This document shows, in pieces, positions 25,700 through 29,947 of a DNA stretch of 29,947 nt. Position 1 is the first letter of the stretch; the number at the start of each line of letters is the position of its first letter. The position numbers were made by a program, and so were the translations under genes. A model generated the notes under the pieces. It made no database searches, was not told where the DNA came from, and saw nothing but the letters and a program-made list of their open reading frames with translations. The DNA comes from a virus (Duplodnaviria > Caudoviricetes): the IMG/VR virus record IMGVR_UViG_3300041402_000544, positions 1-29,947 of that record; one strand, written 5' to 3'.

Positions 25700-25766
25700 G
25701 CCGAAATGCCTGTTACTGACAGGCATCTACCATGCGTGGCGGCATGGTACTGATGAGGCAATGCCA
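25700..25766 (+). ncRNA. Type II hammerhead ribozyme HH11
   Basis: GCC GAAA; stem III TGCCTGT/ACAGGCA; AUC site (3' of 25727); stem I TACCATGC/GCATGGTA; CTGATGA 25750-56; loop TGGC pairs with tail GCCA. Confidence 0.93.
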
Positions 25767-25794
25767 AAAAACATTTTATCCAAAGGAGGATTCT

Positions 25795-26664
25795 ATGAGA
25801 GTAGAACAATTAGAAGAGGGAGTACTTTGCTCGCTGAAGATGGGACGATGGGCGGCATCTGTTCGTATGCCCAAAAGTAAATTAGGAAAATCGGTCCCAA
25901 AGGAAATCGTACGCGCAATGCAAGATTTGATCTCCGACAGGACATTACTCAAAGACTTAGCAACCATCCGGCGGTCAGCCAAAGGGTTATTGTTAAGGAG
26001 TAGTATCCCGTTTCCAGTCAACGGTGTTTTCTTCGTGCCAAAGGATCAGATTAACAACTTGGATGAATCATTTACTTCATTCATGGCAGAGAAGGAAATA
26101 CGCCTTGAAAAGCTAATCAGCAATTATAAGCGGTTGAAAAAGCAATTCAAGAAAAAGTATCCAGATTATTACAGCGAGAAGTATTATCCCACAGAAGCAA
26201 GACTTCGCAGGAAGTTTTACTTCAGTTGGCAATTCTTTCAATTTACTTTGCCCGATGAAGGCGCAAAGGTACTATCGCCGGCGATCTACAAAAAGGAACA
26301 GGAAAAATTCCAGCAGATGGTCGGGCTAATGGAAGAAATGACGATTTCACTCGTGGGTAATATGCTTCACAGGCGTCTGGATAAACTTGCAAAGCAATGC
26401 GATTCTGGCAAAATTAACGCTGGAACCGTACATTCAGTCGACCGTTTTCTTTCGCGCTGGGATGACTTATGGCGCGGACACGTCGATGACAAGAAAATGC
26501 GTATGATTATGAACCAATTAAAGCGCCAGATGAAAGAGGCGTCCGCGGAACGTTTGAAAAACAACGATGAATTCCGTGGCGAGGTTGGAGACAAAATTGG
26601 TTCATTAATGAGCAAACTCCAGAAATTGCCTAACTTTGAGTTGAAACGTAAACTCGATATTTAG
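25795..26664 (+). CDS. Hypothetical helical protein (DUF3150-like)
   Basis: Start after AAAGGAGG; SIPFPVNGVFFVP and YPTEARLRRKF resemble DUF3150-type proteins (recall only). Confidence 0.65.
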   Translation: MRVEQLEEGVLCSLKMGRWAASVRMPKSKLGKSVPKEIVRAMQDLISDRTLLKDLATIRRSAKGLLLRSSIPFPVNGVFFVPKDQINNLDESFTSFMAEKEIRLEKLISNYKRLKKQFKKKYPDYYSEKYYPTEARLRRKFYFSWQFFQFTLPDEGAKVLSPAIYKKEQEKFQQMVGLMEEMTISLVGNMLHRRLDKLAKQCDSGKINAGTVHSVDRFLSRWDDLWRGHVDDKKMRMIMNQLKRQMKEASAERLKNNDEFRGEVGDKIGSLMSKLQKLPNFELKRKLDI

Positions 26665-26667
26665 CCA

Positions 26668-26720
26668 GTCCACTTTGCCCGAACGGGGTTGAAAAACTCC
26701 GTTCGGGCGGACTTGTTTTT
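26668..26720 (+). terminator. Probable intrinsic terminator ending the ribozyme-containing unit
   Basis: 14-bp stem GCCCGAACGGGGTT-GAAA-AACTCCGTTCGGGC plus AGTCC/GGACT, followed by TGTTTTT. Confidence 0.7.
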
Positions 26721-26792
26721 GTGTAGGCATATTCATTGTCCAGTTTGCTTAGTCCCTTATATACCGCGGACCTACCCGCATGGAGAAAAACC

Positions 26793-26821
26793 TTTACAAT
26801 ATAAAGTAGTTATGTTATAAA
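26793..26821 (+). promoter_or_regulatory. Sigma70-type promoter for replication genes
   Basis: TTTACA-17 bp-TATAAA with extended -10 TGn, upstream of GGAGG and ATG 26858. Confidence 0.7.
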
Positions 26822-26857
26822 TATGCGTGTTTTTCTAATTTTTGGAGGGTACACAAT

Positions 26858-27352
26858 ATGGCAAAAACGCCTTGCATTTACTGCGACTACTTTCCCAGTT
26901 TAAAGATAGTAAAGAAAAGGAATGAGAAGCCGTACATAAGAAGGTGCAACATTGCCAAGCGAAAAGTCACGAGTGAAAGACAACGCGATTGCGCTTATTT
27001 CACCGCGACAACACATCCATTTTACTGCGATAACAATAATTGCCAATTAGATTTAATCAATTGTATTGCGCGTCGGCGCAATCGCTTAGAATTAACGGCA
27101 TGGGATAATTGCAGGAAGTGTAGGCAATGGGATACCGGATTAAGGGAAGTAGTTGAAAGATATTTTTTGGATATGGCGCGGCCTAAACAGCCGATACCTG
27201 ATAAACCCAAACGCAAGATAAAGCGAAGAGTTAAACGCACCATTAAAAGACGAGATAAAAGCCCATTAACAAAGGCTTTAGAAGTACTTCTGCCTGAAAA
27301 GCGCTCCATAAAACGACGCGAAGTAAAGCGTAAAATCAAACGGAGACAATAA
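26858..27352 (+). CDS. Cys-rich, Arg/Lys-rich hypothetical protein
   Basis: CIYC, CRKC and other Cys residues; C-terminal repeated KRxIKRR. Confidence 0.8.
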   Translation: MAKTPCIYCDYFPSLKIVKKRNEKPYIRRCNIAKRKVTSERQRDCAYFTATTHPFYCDNNNCQLDLINCIARRRNRLELTAWDNCRKCRQWDTGLREVVERYFLDMARPKQPIPDKPKRKIKRRVKRTIKRRDKSPLTKALEVLLPEKRSIKRREVKRKIKRRQ

Positions 27353-27717
27353 TGAAACGAGTTATCTGGCATGATTATCTTCGCGCGTTCGAAGTGTTAT
27401 ACGGTTCATACATCTCTATAGACCCCTGTGAAACGTGGGATGACGACGGTGGCAGTTTTATATTACAATCGCCCAGTCTGAATCCCGAAAGATTGCTGAT
27501 TAAAAAACAAGCAATTGAATCGTTAAGCGCAGAGGCATTAGAAATGATTGATACCGTATTAAACGCACCGGACGAAATTCTGGACTTGCTAAAAACCCCT
27601 AAAACTGGTAGGATAACAAAGCCCCGAGTCAAATGGTATTTCTATTCAGTTTGGGATAGCAAGTTTTTTACCAACATTACGATTAAAGAAGTATCAAGAT
27701 GGGTAAACCAATTATAG
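27352..27717 (+). CDS. Hypothetical protein (weak resemblance to sigma factor C-terminal region)
   Basis: 121 aa, translationally coupled; ISID...NPERLLIKKQAIESLSAEA. Confidence 0.6.
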   Translation: MKRVIWHDYLRAFEVLYGSYISIDPCETWDDDGGSFILQSPSLNPERLLIKKQAIESLSAEALEMIDTVLNAPDEILDLLKTPKTGRITKPRVKWYFYSVWDSKFFTNITIKEVSRWVNQL

Positions 27718-29096
27718 AAATATTGGATGCTGTTCACTGTCGCGCTAATAAAAAAGCGCGGTCAGTGATTAAGAATTGCCTCGGCTACAAAAAATCTGTT
27801 TACCGACCGGCTAAATCCGGGTATGGCAGGGAACTACAGATAGTGAAGCAATTCTTAATCACTGGCAGGAAGAATAGTAGCGGTCAGTTCTTAACCGGAC
27901 TTCTACCGCGTGTTTTAAAGCACGCTAAAAAGAGGGACAGGAAGATTGAAGTAATTGGCCGCGAAAACATTGTGCGGATCAGACCCCTGAGTTATCCAGA
28001 ACTTAAAGGCATTACTTTCAGGCCGGATCAGCGCGAAGTGCTTAAAACCGTACGACTACGGCAACGTGGCAGGATTCTCTTTCCAACGGGAACTGGTAAA
28101 ACCATCATAGCACTTGGCATCATGTCCATGTTTCCACAATGTCGAATACTTTTTCTATGCCATACAAAGGACCTAATAGAGCAGACCCGCGAAGAGTTAG
28201 AAAAATATAATTTTGATAATTACTATATATTAGGTGGAGGCCACGGAACGGATGCCTATAATACCATACAAGAACAGGATAGCGCCGTTCTGCTATCCAC
28301 CATACAAACCATGAGCAAATACACGGATATCTTCGGTGCGTTCTTTGACTTAACTATCGTTGACGAATTGCACCATGTAAATTCGACCGACAGCCAATAC
28401 GGGAAATTAATGCAAGCCAATTTATCGCCACGCAGATACGGACTCGGTGCAACAGAACCGACAAAACCTTATGAAGTATTAGTAAACGAAGGGATATTTG
28501 GACCGGTGATTGCTGAAATGACCATAGATAAAGGGATTAGGGAGGGTATTATTGCCAGACCGATAGTAAATTTGGTGAACGTACCTTATAATATAAAGCT
28601 AAACCAAAAATGCGGAAGTAAATACGCGGATTACTACGAATACGGAATAGTGCAAAACCGCGCACGCAATCTGGCGCTACTGAATGAAGTAAATTATGAT
28701 GAAAGTACTTTGATTATTATTGAGCGCACCAACCATGGAGAAATCCTACGCAAGCTATTTAAGCGGATGCACAAAGTAAAAGTCCCTTTCGTGCAGGGGT
28801 CTACTACCCGAGATATACGGTCAAAGATACGCGGCAAACTAAAAACAGGTAAAAGAAGAATCGCAATTTGTAGTAAAGTGTGGAAGGAAGGGATAAATAT
28901 TCCAACCCTGAACCATATTATAATTGCTCATGGTATGAAAGAAGAAAAAATGGTATTGCAAGCGGCAGGACGCGGCCTCCGTACGTCTAAAGGCAAGACA
29001 GAAGTAAAGATAACTGATTTCCTTGATCCATATAGGTATCTGGCGGAGCATAGTATTCAACGGATACAAGTTTATAGGTCAAAGGGGTGGATATAA
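27699..29096 (+). CDS. SF2 DEAD/DEAH-box helicase (UvsW/ResIII-like)
   Basis: RPDQ Q-motif, PTGTGKT, VDELHH, GAT, EGINIP, QAAGRGLR. Confidence 0.93.
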   Translation: MGKPIIEILDAVHCRANKKARSVIKNCLGYKKSVYRPAKSGYGRELQIVKQFLITGRKNSSGQFLTGLLPRVLKHAKKRDRKIEVIGRENIVRIRPLSYPELKGITFRPDQREVLKTVRLRQRGRILFPTGTGKTIIALGIMSMFPQCRILFLCHTKDLIEQTREELEKYNFDNYYILGGGHGTDAYNTIQEQDSAVLLSTIQTMSKYTDIFGAFFDLTIVDELHHVNSTDSQYGKLMQANLSPRRYGLGATEPTKPYEVLVNEGIFGPVIAEMTIDKGIREGIIARPIVNLVNVPYNIKLNQKCGSKYADYYEYGIVQNRARNLALLNEVNYDESTLIIIERTNHGEILRKLFKRMHKVKVPFVQGSTTRDIRSKIRGKLKTGKRRIAICSKVWKEGINIPTLNHIIIAHGMKEEKMVLQAAGRGLRTSKGKTEVKITDFLDPYRYLAEHSIQRIQVYRSKGWI

Positions 29097-29097
29097 A

Positions 29098-29286
29098 ATG
29101 TCATTTGATTCAATAGTAAAATTCGAAGAAATGGATGGTGAATGGCGAGTAGAAATAAGCGACATGATTTTCTTCGCATTTGAAACAGAAGAGGAAGCTA
29201 ATGCCTTTAATCAGTTGATATACACCGATTTACAGCATTCCGCTTGTGGCATAGGCTGGATTGGCGTAATTGACAGCGATAATTAA
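29098..29286 (+). CDS. Hypothetical small acidic protein
   Basis: MSFDSIVKFEE... fills the gap between helicase and primase. Confidence 0.65.
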   Translation: MSFDSIVKFEEMDGEWRVEISDMIFFAFETEEEANAFNQLIYTDLQHSACGIGWIGVIDSDN

Positions 29287-29947
29287 ATGGATATTTTTGA
29301 ATTTTTCGAAGATAACGATTTAGAATACTGGACAGACGGTAAAAACGTATCCGCTGGATGGGTAAACATAGAATGTATTTTCTGTGATGATATGAGTAAT
29401 CACTTGGGAATACGGTTAAATGATATGCGCGTCCATTGCTGGAAGTGCGGTGGTCACCAGATCACAGAGCTCATTAAGGAAATTACTTCATGCACTTGGT
29501 CTGAAGCAAAGCGGATTGCACAATTTCTCGGGGCGGCGGATGCCGATCCTCCAAAAATAGAAAAAACTGCCTCATCAGTTTTATCTAAGGTGTCCCTGCC
29601 CCGAGAATCTTCAAAGTACCCTCCAAAATTGCATACCGATTACTTGCGTGGACGCGGTTTTTTACCACGCAAACTCATACGAAAGTATAAACTCCAATTT
29701 TGCTACACGATAGGAGAATACAAATTCCGTATTATAATTCCCGTCAGGATGAATCGTAAATTAGTTGGCTATACTTCAAGAGCCATTTATAATGACATGG
29801 ATCCCCCATACCTACACGCGAAGAAAAAGGATTGCATTATTGATCCCAGCCGAGCCATCTATAACTACGATAACCTAAAACAAAATTCAGATGCTTTTTT
29901 AGTCGAAGGACCCATAGACGCTTGGAAACTGGGGGATGGCGCGGTGA
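29287..29947 (+). CDS. DNA primase (Zn finger + TOPRIM), truncated at window end
   Basis: Manual translation: MDIFEFF...ECIFCDD..NHLG...HCWKCG...YLRGRG...RIIIP...FLVEGPIDAWKLG. Confidence 0.88.
   Translation, partial: MDIFEFFEDNDLEYWTDGKNVSAGWVNIECIFCDDMSNHLGIRLNDMRVHCWKCGGHQITELIKEITSCTWSEAKRIAQFLGAADADPPKIEKTASSVLSKVSLPRESSKYPPKLHTDYLRGRGFLPRKLIRKYKLQFCYTIGEYKFRIIIPVRMNRKLVGYTSRAIYNDMDPPYLHAKKKDCIIDPSRAIYNYDNLKQNSDAFLVEGPIDAWKLGDGAV

Noticed and set aside
17960-25766. CRISPR array or integron attC interpretation of the repeated GCCGAAA...CTGATGAGGCAA elements
   Set aside because: Repeats are not identical, are separated by whole genes, and no cas or integrase gene is in the window. Conservation is limited to hammerhead core positions with compensatory stems.
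17960-25766. Elements as rho-independent terminators
   Set aside because: Hairpins are followed by a second stem and CTGATGA rather than a U-tract.
19322-25794. ORF-track starts at 19322, 22105, 22948, 24429 and 25732
   Set aside because: The extensions begin in or run through ribozymes or structured spacers; strong AGGAGG sites indicate starts at 19379, 22324, 22993, 24510 and 25795.
18110-25809. Minus-strand ORFs containing MPHQY/PHRY and other antisense ORFs in the track
   Set aside because: They are reverse-complement translations of the ribozyme core and shadows of plus-strand genes, with no RBS.
1-29947. Genome-wide stop-codon reassignment
   Set aside because: Genes are intact under code 11 and TAA, TAG and TGA all terminate genes; only one suspicious in-frame TGA was seen.

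Overview
Fragment of a tailed dsDNA phage or prophage (siphovirus-like gene order, standard genetic code, strong AGGAGG ribosome-binding sites). Left arm (1-16500, minus strand), in transcription order: terminase small and large subunits, portal, a Gfo/Idh/MocA oxidoreductase, a MuF-like minor head protein with a C-terminal zincin domain, an M15 peptidase, scaffold, major capsid, head-tail/neck proteins, tail tube, tail assembly chaperone with a -1 frameshift, tape measure and a truncated tail protein. A ~1.5 kb largely non-coding divergent region (16501-17959) carries dispersed palindromes. Right arm (18062-end, plus strand): small early-type genes, a DUF2997/DUF1257/AAA-ATPase cluster, an SF2 helicase and a truncated primase. 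The main finding is 11 type II hammerhead ribozymes between 17960 and 25766 (GCC-GAAA / stem III / NUH / stem I / CUGAUGA-GGC, with a co-varying loop I-3' tail pseudoknot). Most lie directly after a stop codon and all lie before an RBS, so the early transcript appears built to cut itself into mono- or bicistronic RNAs. Secondary findings include a small ORF with an in-frame TGA and SECIS-like hairpin, poly-Thr tails on virion-module proteins, and a palindrome shared by the control region and ribozyme stems. All calls come from manual reading; no database searches or folding programs were run.
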